DNA from: a virus | Taxonomy: Duplodnaviria > Caudoviricetes | DNA: 47,313 nucleotides | Strand: one strand, 5' to 3' | IMG/VR virus record: IMGVR_UViG_3300033513_000013 | Span: 1-47,313 of that record | Shown: in pieces, positions 32,701 to 40,915 of the stretch | Numbering within the stretch: the stretch's first letter is position 1 | Layout of the letters: each line of letters starts with the position of its first letter | The notes under the pieces: model-generated | What the model saw: only the letters and a program-made list of their open reading frames with translations | What the model was told of the DNA's origin: nothing | Database searches by the model: none | Translations under genes and position numbers: made by a program

Positions 32701-35351
32701 GCCAGGGCAACAAGATAGACTCTTTTGTTTCGCTGGATTTTGCTAAACGAGAGATGGTAAATGAGCGCGGTCTTATAGAACTGCCCGATTCTTTTCCTGA
32801 GCAGGCAGAAGGCGTTATTCCGATTGTCAGTAAAAAGAATGACTTCTATGTTTACCGTGGCATCAGCCGGGGAGAAATGGAAAACATCGTCAAGACCGGC
32901 AAACTGAAATCAAGAGGTGAGTACAATTTTTCAACCGAGGCAGGCTATACAATGTTTGGGGAATATCCAGCAACCGCCGAGGCATACGCCTCTAGTTTTG
33001 CGCCTGTGCAATATCGTCCAACGCCAGAAAAACCTGGGTACATCTTAGAGGTCAAACGCCAGCCTTCTATGATGACGCAGACACAGACAGGTTACATCTA
33101 TACACTAGACACGCTTCCTACTGATCAAATTGTAAGAGTAACTGAGATTAGAGTTGATGAAACTGGATATACCTACAGGGATGTAACCGACTTATTCAAA
33201 AAAAGTGCAGAGAAAGGCGAGATGCTTTTCCAGCCCGAAGAGCCGCGCTGGATTGATCTTCCTGATGGGCGCCGCGTCAAAGTCCACGCCGAGGATGAAA
33301 CAAGCATCCAATGGCAGGACGAAAACGGCGTCCTGCATACGATTGACAAGACCGCCCTTCCACCCAATGGTGCAGGCCCACTCCCACCCGAAACAATCAC
33401 CGGCATGTCAGGCCAGCCGCCCACCGCAAAGCTGGCAGACGAGTCATGGTTCGATGTCATGCCAGCCATACGCGAACTTGAGCGCAAGGCATTGGAGAAC
33501 GGCGCAAACAAGGGGCTGGCTAACAGGCAGTTGTCGCCGGAAGAGATGCGCGAGGTCAAGACCTGGCTGAGAGCCAAGAAGAACGATATGTCGGACGCCC
33601 GCGTGGCAGCCCACTACCAGGGCCTCCAGGCGGCAGACTTCGCCATGCTCAACTACAACCGGCGCTATGGCATGGACATGATGACCAGCGCCGTCCTGCC
33701 GTATATCTTCTGGATCACCCGTAGCGCCCCTAACTGGTTCATGCGCCTGCTGGATCACCCGCAGTATTTCATGTGGTGGGCGCGCATCCGCTCGATGATC
33801 GGCATGAACGAAGAAGCGGAAGGATACCCGAGCAGGCTGCAAGGCAAGATAAGATTGAACGTGTTCCCATTCATACCAGGCTTTGCAGAAGTGGGCGTGT
33901 ACGCCGATCCCCTGAAACAGTTCTTCCCATTCGAGCAGATCATGAAGCAGCTACCGTGGTACAAGAGCGCCCAGGAGGAAACTTCGCAAGACCGGGCCGC
34001 AGAGTACAACATCTATTCGATGGTAGCCGATGGGGAGATTACGGAGGAGCAGGGCAAGCAGGCGATCCTGACCAAGACCGGGGAGGCATGGGAGCAGGCC
34101 AGGGCCAAGGCAGAGCAGGAGCAGGCTGACGAGATCGCTAACCCATGGGATTACTTCTCAGCCATCTCCGGGCCGATGCTGCCCATCTCGCTGATGATGA
34201 ACTACTTCACCGGCAGGAAAGACAACATCTCCATCACCCCGCTGTCGCGCACCATCCAGAACTTCACCGCCCTGTTCAAGCCGGGGGGCGTCAACATCGA
34301 AGGCGGGATCAGGGAGAAGATGGGCCTGCCAAGCGGAGAGCAGTTCGATGACTACTATATCCGCCGCGAGATCACCAACATGGTCATGGAGGGCAGCGCC
34401 ACCCTGGACGATGCGCTCAAGGCTTTTGTGGAAAGGCAGGGGCCGGTGTACGAGCAGGCCCTGGATCGGGCTGGCAAGTACAAGGCCATACGCAATTTCC
34501 TTTCCGTTATCTCCGTTGACCTGTTCCCCGAAGGCGAGGCGGCAACCCGCGCACTCAAGAACAAGTTTATCAAGGAAGTGTCGAACGGCAAGAAAACCTT
34601 TGCTGAGTTTATTGACGAGAACCCGCAGTACGAAGCTATTGTCTACCGGGGCCAGGAAGATCCGGTGGAAGCCATACGCTACTTCCTGCGCTCCCAGATT
34701 TGGGAGCAATACAACGCCCTGCCCGACCTGCATAAGAAACAGGTGCGCCAGCAGTTTGGCTCGCTGTTCAGAGATTACTTCGTCAGCCGAGAGAAACGCA
34801 ACTACGATGCCATCTCGACCGAGGACATGGTAGCGTGGGCGAAAGCCTTGGGAGGCTACGCACCCACAACCGCCCCCCAGGTGGCCTCGGCAGCGCTCAA
34901 CCTGGCAGGCGACGAAGCCTCGCAGATGTACCAGACGTTCATCACCGAGCGCGAGAAATGGTTCGGGACGCAGGTGACAAGCCTGAGCTACCAGTACGGG
35001 CAGTTGAGAACGAAGCAAGAGAAAGACGACTTCCTAGACAAATACCCCTATCTCAAATCGTACTGGTCATGGCGCAAGGGCATGTTTGCCACGTATCCAG
35101 GGCTGGAGGAGATGAGCAATATCGAAGATGATTTCAGCACCAGGCCGGGCTTCGACCTGAACCCTGCCGATTTCTCGGAGGAACTGGTCAGCCAGTTGTA
35201 CGGCTACTTCTACGCCAACCAGGACTTAGGCGCGGGAGCGCGCTCGCAGTTGTACCAGTTGTACGTGAAATACGGCGAACCTGGCAATTCATTCAACGCT
35301 TTTCTGCAAATGCTGCGGTCGGTTTTCGATCCAGCCTCTATTGCGGATTAG
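26721..35351 (+). CDS. Giant polyvalent/internal virion (ejection) protein with zincin, GGDEF-like and ART-like domains
   Basis: 2876 aa; DP.N ejection-protein motif (ILDPLN), hydrophobic Gly-rich segments, HETWH at 31425, QGDEF at 32127 and YRG at 32853. Confidence 0.75.
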   Translation: MAFQENKAPPGYLAPMTKRERSWAGKAAARNYLYAQRRKEILQATADANKLSYWEDPIRVAGWFNALKNAPEGFQLPEWLDPGMIATAYDYFSKANAGKPDTEWLPLDWDNGFREQLKKVAAPPDEWWDISDPAKLWSAFTVPQEQPETGAVMPAEAGALQYGGMTKEAYDELPLYKKLLANIFGGGPTTGAAMAAVSAPTSLAGPGLLTTPLAGAGLARAFGSLYDFSPTKKIAEAFMIAFNWPTEQVEKMLGTAMLLAGSFKPGGISPMDVLSNLDDAWKASRLTYEVTPVQEKMGLLERLSYAVPIIGLGKGLEQVSEYLEPTKWGKEITAIGAPEVLRLEDEIGFNALEKAFSRIVSGEDPAKVVNSYLYTPAGNLDFSRQMKDMVGQTILDPLNFAGILMARGAGLTVKGMVKLGAIEDAPRLVNSLNKSRGLFEAWRNYTRDFLAFAQQVGPGAEKFNAIQKWIARPAKIIEAGAIVRPVSTGRKIAQLFYNKIPALAVGNLPGGLIGMGAFGVAVEGGMRAAGYSDEEIAEKRNAINLGGFVLGTLGMHLATGGQAWKGGMGWLFSLTPKAQALEATHMTADNINEMSIQARDVYDMKRQYDTFRNINEDGAITLGKWAYAPNADTMRTAIKSFTGDAVRLAQWEADAPLLRMSEEIAAQRAVDLGKEFTTNDLVKELGKLGITGDKVKKGQKVKGKADPAKVKALAIELNKTPEEVQALFNTFIRDNHPINFENYRVMLGGDLMEHTEKWLVKALDLHPDPAWYRSAMLMKNVQGFLFLDVNPAFFLQNYSNNILSSVWDGTWGRWPQPKIDAYIKDAIGFEPSRVFEGYGGVDELLGGKQLVGEYVQAGLKSDDAISKLGKRFNDVREAMGPVSLLNQSARVESKARATVYVNVHQRAMAEAKRVLGLLKIPDNISRILGPDGARRASESLHKLNNMLDVEDFIFDGKAYFDIDNVLEEFEPLARGALVDSGLLKEWHEVQGEVGADRVKFSKFVNDFVKAHEAELTKAALDDLDAEIKSIPTKIRSQGAISLNENIAGWYNERAELYNLDAQELDKVAYETLQMTNDVEKGKLWGDAFARRSERWNRHNNKIRAVATEWAKQMGADNKLAAKLANRVIDYSNHWDKFFVERDALWKKARDNPEFFQGDYSAVRQAINDLYKKYSDGEFDKMGKINDAIAKLIEAQKNGGPEVAKTFLADAGKALNVRRKLRDAYLEHYERIGKLDVKERYKAWQEFTNDVRRVAWKDELVANLAAIDNLAKALKNPVPPAVTPEAIPTPEAAPVAPEPLPEPPPAADPFIQQLRDEIVRWQKTLGEAKTPEEAEYARQHVESFEAELAYREKQAAAVERVADAHNIEQAKVDNAEAASDAKAPSIGKLIRDYEDSTVKAFGVSAGQAKTWRGIVDRMDEFLASHITGWKRGDYYRHLALYREYPGMKFGDMTRRQIKDFFKALEAAGFKDNILARKHLINMINKSLPEGAEKFSWRHMDPLPMDAIIALLRKEAADGKIRPIPESFFKGMEQVAITPEGKVAKGMYRRLDDMSFIIKGFARPDFSTMVHETWHTFVDLLPEEETRVLGLWLKDSHGVNVEVIGGKFIGDEAEVARANELCARAGEEFFAKNALPDNIIKSADPKFTKIKTIFSNFRDWMLGIYHGVKEGTYGGTSIDVQISPEVESMFQRILNLKANEMVGRRIDLDKPYSPRPNSVLRARIAELEARIKKLSTSEVSDLPFYRANEAEVNAAPAIASMDVTGLGWVNGRFTQRGGDKLLKTLGIVAKDIEAKYKGVKMFHVQGDEFLLIGPDVDIVGKAATEMAQNMQTTPILFEGADLHEVYSGFQMHVGVDTNRVAAEKSMKLAKDAYYKTYNLKKGDMPQGVTKAGGGAPELFQEASPVVRQKLSQGWEIREEAPEPQWTKTGSGTDAYHYSDDETILLIPWQDKIVGYGVGGRWGNIETEIGRWNTMEEAKAVAPSLVQIDRVYSVYDSQGNKIDSFVSLDFAKREMVNERGLIELPDSFPEQAEGVIPIVSKKNDFYVYRGISRGEMENIVKTGKLKSRGEYNFSTEAGYTMFGEYPATAEAYASSFAPVQYRPTPEKPGYILEVKRQPSMMTQTQTGYIYTLDTLPTDQIVRVTEIRVDETGYTYRDVTDLFKKSAEKGEMLFQPEEPRWIDLPDGRRVKVHAEDETSIQWQDENGVLHTIDKTALPPNGAGPLPPETITGMSGQPPTAKLADESWFDVMPAIRELERKALENGANKGLANRQLSPEEMREVKTWLRAKKNDMSDARVAAHYQGLQAADFAMLNYNRRYGMDMMTSAVLPYIFWITRSAPNWFMRLLDHPQYFMWWARIRSMIGMNEEAEGYPSRLQGKIRLNVFPFIPGFAEVGVYADPLKQFFPFEQIMKQLPWYKSAQEETSQDRAAEYNIYSMVADGEITEEQGKQAILTKTGEAWEQARAKAEQEQADEIANPWDYFSAISGPMLPISLMMNYFTGRKDNISITPLSRTIQNFTALFKPGGVNIEGGIREKMGLPSGEQFDDYYIRREITNMVMEGSATLDDALKAFVERQGPVYEQALDRAGKYKAIRNFLSVISVDLFPEGEAATRALKNKFIKEVSNGKKTFAEFIDENPQYEAIVYRGQEDPVEAIRYFLRSQIWEQYNALPDLHKKQVRQQFGSLFRDYFVSREKRNYDAISTEDMVAWAKALGGYAPTTAPQVASAALNLAGDEASQMYQTFITEREKWFGTQVTSLSYQYGQLRTKQEKDDFLDKYPYLKSYWSWRKGMFATYPGLEEMSNIEDDFSTRPGFDLNPADFSEELVSQLYGYFYANQDLGAGARSQLYQLYVKYGEPGNSFNAFLQMLRSVFDPASIAD

Positions 35352-35369
35352 CATTATTTGTTGTATAGT
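35341..35369 (+). promoter_or_regulatory. Sigma70-like promoter for head genes
   Basis: TTGCGG-17 nt-TATAGT upstream of the scaffold RBS AAAGGAG. Confidence 0.45.
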
Positions 35370-35390
35370 TGATTAAAGGAGCAAAAGAAA

Positions 35391-36143
35391 ATGAGTGACG
35401 ATACGAATGTTGTTGGCGCGCCAGAGCCAGACGCTTCGCTTCCCGCGGAGCCGGTAGCGCCCGAGCAACCCCGCTATCTAACTTATGAGGAATCTTTGCA
35501 GCAGATTGCCCAACTCCGCGATGAGATTGGGATTGACCTGCGGAAGTATGCGCAGAGCTTCTTCGATAAGACGAACACCAAGGTTAAGACTCGGTTGGAA
35601 GATGTTGACCGGCTGATCAAGCTGCAAGAGGAGATCGGACAGCCATACGATGCGCTCACATCCGAACGCCTGCGCTTGAAAGCCATAGAGACAGCCTACC
35701 GAGAGACCGAAGCATCTCCAGCAGAGCCGCCCCCGGCTCCCGCTAAGGTGCCAGGTAGCCAGCCGGATGCGGCCCTTATCGCTTCTGTAAAAGCCCAGGC
35801 AACAGCTATGGCAGTTGCAGCCGGGGTGGATGGCTTCACCGAGCAAGACCCAGAGTACGACATGGTGCAGGCCGTCTCCAATCTAAGCACCCCGCCTGAC
35901 GTTTTCCTTCGCGTCTATGATTACGCCTGCAAAACCAAGTCTGCTCGCCTTGGGAAAAAGCCACCCAAACCAGCCACGCCGCCCATCGTTCCCTCCGCCG
36001 AGCGCGGAGCCGCGTTGGGCAACAGGCTGGACGAGATTACGCAACGCATGGCTGAGCTACAGAAGAGACCGTATGAAGGCACGAACTGGAAGGAGCTTCA
36101 AAGTCTCGGAGAGGAGCATGCCGCGTTGCTGAAGAGACGATAA
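35391..36143 (+). CDS. Putative capsid scaffolding protein
   Basis: Helical/Pro-rich protein immediately upstream of the capsid gene. Confidence 0.6.
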   Translation: MSDDTNVVGAPEPDASLPAEPVAPEQPRYLTYEESLQQIAQLRDEIGIDLRKYAQSFFDKTNTKVKTRLEDVDRLIKLQEEIGQPYDALTSERLRLKAIETAYRETEASPAEPPPAPAKVPGSQPDAALIASVKAQATAMAVAAGVDGFTEQDPEYDMVQAVSNLSTPPDVFLRVYDYACKTKSARLGKKPPKPATPPIVPSAERGAALGNRLDEITQRMAELQKRPYEGTNWKELQSLGEEHAALLKRR

Positions 36144-36155
36144 TAGGAGTTTCCT

Positions 36156-37418
36156 ATGGCTGTTCAGACTACCACCACGCTGAGTAACAGTATTCAAACT
36201 CAGTATAACCAGCAATATCTGGCTGGTGTATCCAAGCGCCGCTTTTACGAGCAATGCGCCGTGGACTACACCAAGATCACCGGGGTGGGCAAGACCATGG
36301 ACGAGATCATGAAAGGCTCCGCCTTCCAGGTTCCGTTCCTGTCTAGCATGACCCCAACCGCTACTACCATCTCCCAGACCGCTGACTTGACCCCCCAGGT
36401 TCTGGTCGATGCGTATGCCAGCATGACCCCCACCAGCCGCGGGGATGCAATTCAATGGTCACAGCAAACCAAGATCCAGGCTTATGATGACTTTGTTGCC
36501 CAGGCGCACAAGCGGCTAGGCGAGAACGTCTCCGAGACCCTGGAAGCCCTGCTGGTTGACACCGCCCTGGCTGGCACCTGGGTAATCAGAGCGGAGGCCC
36601 GCGCTTCATTGAACGCCGGGACAACCACCGACCTGGCTACGGATGCCAAGTTCCGCTACCTGGATGGGCTGTTCGCAACCCACCTGGTTCCTGGCTACAT
36701 TGATGCCGCAGGCGCCGAATCGTGGGGCGCCTATATGCACAACTATGTCCACCACGACATCTGCGAATCGGGCAACGTTGACGCCGTTGGCCTGTACCAG
36801 GACAAGTCCATCCCCCTGAACTGGGAGTTGGGCCGCCTGGGACGCTTCCGCCTGGTTGTAAGCCCCTTCGCCAAGACCTTCTGGGCCGCTGGCGCAGCCA
36901 ACACCACGCCGGTTGCCACGACCCTCAACGGGGCTGTTACCAAGATGGGAACGACCATCATAACCGCGGCTGATCATGCCGCCAACATCGCCAAAGGCAA
37001 GTCCGGTTGGCTGGTCGGCACCATCGAAGCGGGTGACACGTTCTACCCGGCGAACGAAATGGTGGTTCCACTCTCGGCTACGACCTACACCGTGACCATC
37101 TCAGGCTCTGCCGACAACGGCGGGCTGCGCTACAGCCACCTCACCGGCGCAACCGTATCCAACGCAGACAGTGTTTACCCGGTGCTGATTGCCGGGCCGC
37201 AATCGCTGGTCAAAATCTACGCCACCGACCCGGCTGGCGACGATCCTGATGCACGCATGGCTCCGGGCGAATCCGGCGCCGCAATCGTCGGCCCGCTGCG
37301 CTCCGGTTTGGCGCACCAGTGGACATCCCTGGCATGGAAGTTCTGGGGTGGCTACGGGTTGATCAGCCAATCCCGCATCTGCCGCGCCGAGTTCGCAACC
37401 AGCTATGAGGCAGACTAA
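36156..37418 (+). CDS. Major capsid protein (N4-gp56-like, HK97 fold)
   Basis: 420 aa; YMH..V.HDI, ELGRLGRFRLV, DSVYPVLIAG and LAWKFWGG match the N4-gp56-type pattern. Confidence 0.8.
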   Translation: MAVQTTTTLSNSIQTQYNQQYLAGVSKRRFYEQCAVDYTKITGVGKTMDEIMKGSAFQVPFLSSMTPTATTISQTADLTPQVLVDAYASMTPTSRGDAIQWSQQTKIQAYDDFVAQAHKRLGENVSETLEALLVDTALAGTWVIRAEARASLNAGTTTDLATDAKFRYLDGLFATHLVPGYIDAAGAESWGAYMHNYVHHDICESGNVDAVGLYQDKSIPLNWELGRLGRFRLVVSPFAKTFWAAGAANTTPVATTLNGAVTKMGTTIITAADHAANIAKGKSGWLVGTIEAGDTFYPANEMVVPLSATTYTVTISGSADNGGLRYSHLTGATVSNADSVYPVLIAGPQSLVKIYATDPAGDDPDARMAPGESGAAIVGPLRSGLAHQWTSLAWKFWGGYGLISQSRICRAEFATSYEAD

Positions 37419-37430
37419 GGAGAGAATGAC

Positions 37431-38105
37431 ATGACTACAATTGTAACTTCTACTTTTGAAGGTATCGCCCTCGGCCCTAACGCCGATGGTGTGTATGTCA
37501 TCGGCGGGACGAATGATGTCCTGTACGGCGGTGATATGTCCGGCGACGAGGCGGGTAGTGGTATTTTAGTAGACGAGGGTTCGGGTAAGAAACACTTTGC
37601 TCTTGCTGTTTACGCCGACGACGGTGGAACTGTCATGACTTCCGGGTGGGTTTCTGCCATCTTTGGAAGCATGGTTGTCTATGGAGCAGTTGTTTATCCG
37701 GGCAACGTGTCTGCCTTTGGTGTTGCTGGACAGGTTCACCTGGGAGCGGCTCAGGGTTCTATTGGAAACCTGGCCGGTGTTTATGGCTGCGCTGAGGTCG
37801 ACGGGTCTCTAAGTGTCGGTCAATGGATTTTTGGCGGATGCTTTGGGATAACCGTCCCGAGTGGGTCTACCATTGCATATCGGGCCGGTGGAATCATCAT
37901 CGGTGGCAGCCTTGGCGGAACCCATACGGGAGTTGCCTGCCCCATCTTTATCCAATCACCGGGTTCTGGGGCTTGGGATGTGGTCTTTTCTATGGACAAT
38001 CTCGACACGGCTACCGACAATACGGCACACGGGAGTACGGCGGCGGGTAGATGGAAAGTTAATCAAGGGGGCACAACTAAATACCTGCATCTATTCAGCG
38101 ACTAA
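37431..38105 (+). CDS. Gly-rich beta structural protein (head decoration/fibre)
   Basis: Follows the capsid gene; C-terminal KVNQGGTTKYLHLF fibre-type end. Confidence 0.55.
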   Translation: MTTIVTSTFEGIALGPNADGVYVIGGTNDVLYGGDMSGDEAGSGILVDEGSGKKHFALAVYADDGGTVMTSGWVSAIFGSMVVYGAVVYPGNVSAFGVAGQVHLGAAQGSIGNLAGVYGCAEVDGSLSVGQWIFGGCFGITVPSGSTIAYRAGGIIIGGSLGGTHTGVACPIFIQSPGSGAWDVVFSMDNLDTATDNTAHGSTAAGRWKVNQGGTTKYLHLFSD

Positions 38106-38119
38106 TCAAGTTCTTTAGC

Positions 38120-38147
38120 AAGAGGGAGGTCGTAAGGCCTCCCTCTT
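38120..38147 (+). terminator. Hairpin after the capsid/decoration genes
   Basis: AAGAGGGAGGTC-GTAA-GGCCTCCCTCTT 12-bp stem with a GNRA loop. Confidence 0.6.
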
Positions 38148-38160
38148 AGAAAGGTTTCAC

Positions 38161-38469
38161 ATGAAAGCAGTACCCCTCAAGAAAGTCGTCACCACCAGCC
38201 CGAGCGGCGCGGATGGCGAGTTGGACTACAAGGAATACCTCAAGACCATCGTTGCTATGCCCAACGAAGGGCAGCGCGGCCTGAGCATCGAGGAAATCCG
38301 CTCGTCTATGCGCGTGTTGAACGCCATCGAAAAGGTAGGCGGTGATGTGCTCGACCTGGAAGATCAGGACTATGAGTACATGAAGAAGAAAGTCAACGCT
38401 GCCCGCTTCGGCTTTGCAAGCGCTGAAATCTTGCAGTTCATTGACGATGTGACCAATGTGAAGGAGTAA
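38161..38469 (+). CDS. Hypothetical protein
   Basis: RBS AGAAAGG; helical acidic protein. Confidence 0.65.
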   Translation: MKAVPLKKVVTTSPSGADGELDYKEYLKTIVAMPNEGQRGLSIEEIRSSMRVLNAIEKVGGDVLDLEDQDYEYMKKKVNAARFGFASAEILQFIDDVTNVKE

Positions 38470-38473
38470 CAAA

Positions 38474-38761
38474 ATGCCACCCAAGAAAAAATCTGACATC
38501 GACAGGCTCAGTGTAGCAGACATGCCAAGAGAAGATGCGGCTGATGAAATTGTTGACCAGCCTGTCGAGCCTGAAAGCAAGATCGTAGTTCCGGAGGCCG
38601 GGGCTGTCTTTTGCGAATACTGCGGACTGCCAATCGAAGGAGATGTGGCCTATATCGCTGGCGGCTCGGCGGCACAGAAGGCATGCAAGGCGTGCTTTGT
38701 GCAGTTCCTGAAAAAGCACGAGTTGTACAACGATATGATCAAGTCAGGCTGGAGGCCGTAA
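38474..38761 (+). CDS. Hypothetical Zn-binding protein
   Basis: RBS AAGGAG; CEYC...CKAC. Confidence 0.6.
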   Translation: MPPKKKSDIDRLSVADMPREDAADEIVDQPVEPESKIVVPEAGAVFCEYCGLPIEGDVAYIAGGSAAQKACKACFVQFLKKHELYNDMIKSGWRP

Positions 38762-39108
38762 TGCCCGACTACAATCCCGACAAGGAAGGCTGGCACAAGA
38801 AGAAGTTTATCGTCTCCCGCGTCGAGAGGGATTTCAATAAGCTGGTCGAGCCGATCCACACCGGAAGTGGCGACCTGAATGTTGACCTGTACGGTCGCTG
38901 CACAGTCAACGATCCAGGGCTGGCGCGTGAGATCCAGAAGGAACACCCGCGTGACATCACCGTGACGCGCGTCAATTGGGATGACGAAGTGCTGCACAGA
39001 AACGCCATCCACTCGTATTTTTTTGGGTCGCTCCCGGCTTTGCCATGGCACAAATTCGATGAGTTTGGCAGGCGCATCCGTGAAGCGGAGGAGAAAAGCG
39101 ATGGTTAA
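38761..39108 (+). CDS. Hypothetical protein
   Basis: TAATG coupling; start at MPDYNP. Confidence 0.6.
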   Translation: MPDYNPDKEGWHKKKFIVSRVERDFNKLVEPIHTGSGDLNVDLYGRCTVNDPGLAREIQKEHPRDITVTRVNWDDEVLHRNAIHSYFFGSLPALPWHKFDEFGRRIREAEEKSDG

Positions 39109-39424
39109 ATACGACCAGGATTTTGGTGAAGATCATGAAATATTAGCTATCAGCGGTCAGAACACGGTGGCTGCTGCGGGTACTGCCGAAGCGCTCGGAA
39201 GCGGGCATGTGCGCGGGGCGCTGTTAGTCAAGGCGCTCACCACCAACACGGGCCTGGTGTACGTGGGCAACGACGCCGCAGATGATGTGACCTCTGCCAA
39301 CGGCATGCCGCTGGCGGCTGGCGACTGCGTTACCTTTGCCTACGTTGGCAACCTGAGCGACATCTGGATTGACTCGGCGGTAAGCTCCGAGGGCGTAGCC
39401 TGGCTTTTGCTTGAGGTGTATTGA
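39101..39424 (+). CDS. Small beta-sandwich virion protein
   Basis: GQ.TV.AAGTAE.L...VKA...N.G.VYVG...NG..L.AG pattern. Confidence 0.6.
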   Translation: MVKYDQDFGEDHEILAISGQNTVAAAGTAEALGSGHVRGALLVKALTTNTGLVYVGNDAADDVTSANGMPLAAGDCVTFAYVGNLSDIWIDSAVSSEGVAWLLLEVY

Positions 39425-40071
39425 TGTTCCATGTTCACAGGGGCTTGATACCCTCGGTGATGGGCGCAGGTGGGCTTCATACCCTGACGCTTCAACCCGG
39501 CGCGGCAACCGGCGTGGATACCGACCTGAGCGCCACCGCACCTACCGAAAACTACGGGACGGCGGAAGATATGGCGGTGCAGACAACCACCGTCGGGCCG
39601 AACGTGATTATGGTTTCTATGGTCAAGTTTGACCTGTCATCCATCCCATCCGGCGCAAATATACGAAAGGCAACCCTGACGCTGTGCGCTCAAAGCACCA
39701 TGAATGGGACAGGAACGGTGGGCGTCTACCGCGTCCTGGCAGCCAACTCCTCGTGGACGAACACCGGAGCAACCTGGCAGCACCAGGCAGGCACAACCAA
39801 CTGGGCGGGTGGGCATAGCGGCTGCCAAACAGCCGATACGGATTACGACTCGACTGCTATGGGATCGTTCACGGTAACGGTGGGCGAGGTAGCCGGGACA
39901 GCCTACAACATCAGCCTGTCCATAGCAGGACTCAAACTGATGATGGCAAACAACTGCGGACTGACTCTGTTTATGGCTGCCAACACAGCGCCATCATCTA
40001 TCCCAACCTTCTGCACCAGCAACCACGCTACCGCCGCCTACCGCCCGAAGCTCGTGGTGGTTTATGGATAA
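39424..40071 (+). CDS. DNRLRE/CBM96-like domain virion protein
   Basis: QP....G.DT......PT.NYG ... FDLSSIP.GA.I..ATL.L ... RPKLVV.Y. Confidence 0.7.
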   Translation: MFHVHRGLIPSVMGAGGLHTLTLQPGAATGVDTDLSATAPTENYGTAEDMAVQTTTVGPNVIMVSMVKFDLSSIPSGANIRKATLTLCAQSTMNGTGTVGVYRVLAANSSWTNTGATWQHQAGTTNWAGGHSGCQTADTDYDSTAMGSFTVTVGEVAGTAYNISLSIAGLKLMMANNCGLTLFMAANTAPSSIPTFCTSNHATAAYRPKLVVVYG

Positions 40072-40083
40072 GGAGCAGCAATT

Positions 40084-40914
40084 ATGACAAGAGATATTGT
40101 CGAGATCATCGGCACGGCCTCCACCACCACGCCCACCGCGGTTGCTGACGGATCGCGCGTCGATGCCTATATAGACGAGTACGGCAGGCTGCACAACGTC
40201 ATCGACAGCATGCCCGCCAACACAACAGCGACCGGGACAATCGACCTGACCGGCGAATCTGTAACCATCACCCTGCCTGCTGGCTGCGGTTCGGTTGCCT
40301 TCCAGGTGACAGGCGTATGGACTGGGCAGCTTGACTTCCAGGGATCCATCGACGGCACAAATTACGGAAGCGTCGAAGCATCGAACGGAAGCGCCACGGT
40401 CAACGCTACGGCAGGCAACGACATCTACATCCTGCCTGGGGCTGGCTATGCAAAGATCAGGATTTACGGCACGTCTATCCTAACAGGCGCGGCGGTTGTC
40501 ACGCTGATTGCTTCGATTGGTACGACCGCTTCGATCCTGACCGGCTCACTCCCGGCAGGCACGAACAATATTGGCACGGTCAGCATTGACACCGACAGCC
40601 TGAAAGTTCCCACCACGTTCAAGACTGTGAAAGCCGCCGCCGTTGGTGCGATAGCAACCGTATGGACACCGGCGGCTGGCAAGAAGGTGCGCTTGATGGG
40701 CGGTTGCATCAGTCTGAGCGCAGCGGCAAGCCTTCTGCTGGAGGATAACGCGGCGGGCGTTGACGTTTTTCAAGCACCTGTACTTGCAGCCAACACGCCC
40801 TATAATTTTGATTTAGGCAACGGTGTTCTATTATCTCATGCCGACGATGTGCTCAAGGCGACCAGTAGCGCAGCCGCAAACTTGACTGGCACTTTTTATG
40901 GCGCAGAGGAATGA
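40084..40914 (+). CDS. Virion structural protein (beta-sandwich domains)
   Basis: Thr/Ala/Gly-rich; G.W.G...FQGS.DGTNY motif. Confidence 0.6.
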   Translation: MTRDIVEIIGTASTTTPTAVADGSRVDAYIDEYGRLHNVIDSMPANTTATGTIDLTGESVTITLPAGCGSVAFQVTGVWTGQLDFQGSIDGTNYGSVEASNGSATVNATAGNDIYILPGAGYAKIRIYGTSILTGAAVVTLIASIGTTASILTGSLPAGTNNIGTVSIDTDSLKVPTTFKTVKAAAVGAIATVWTPAAGKKVRLMGGCISLSAAASLLLEDNAAGVDVFQAPVLAANTPYNFDLGNGVLLSHADDVLKATSSAAANLTGTFYGAEE

Positions 40915-40915
40915 T

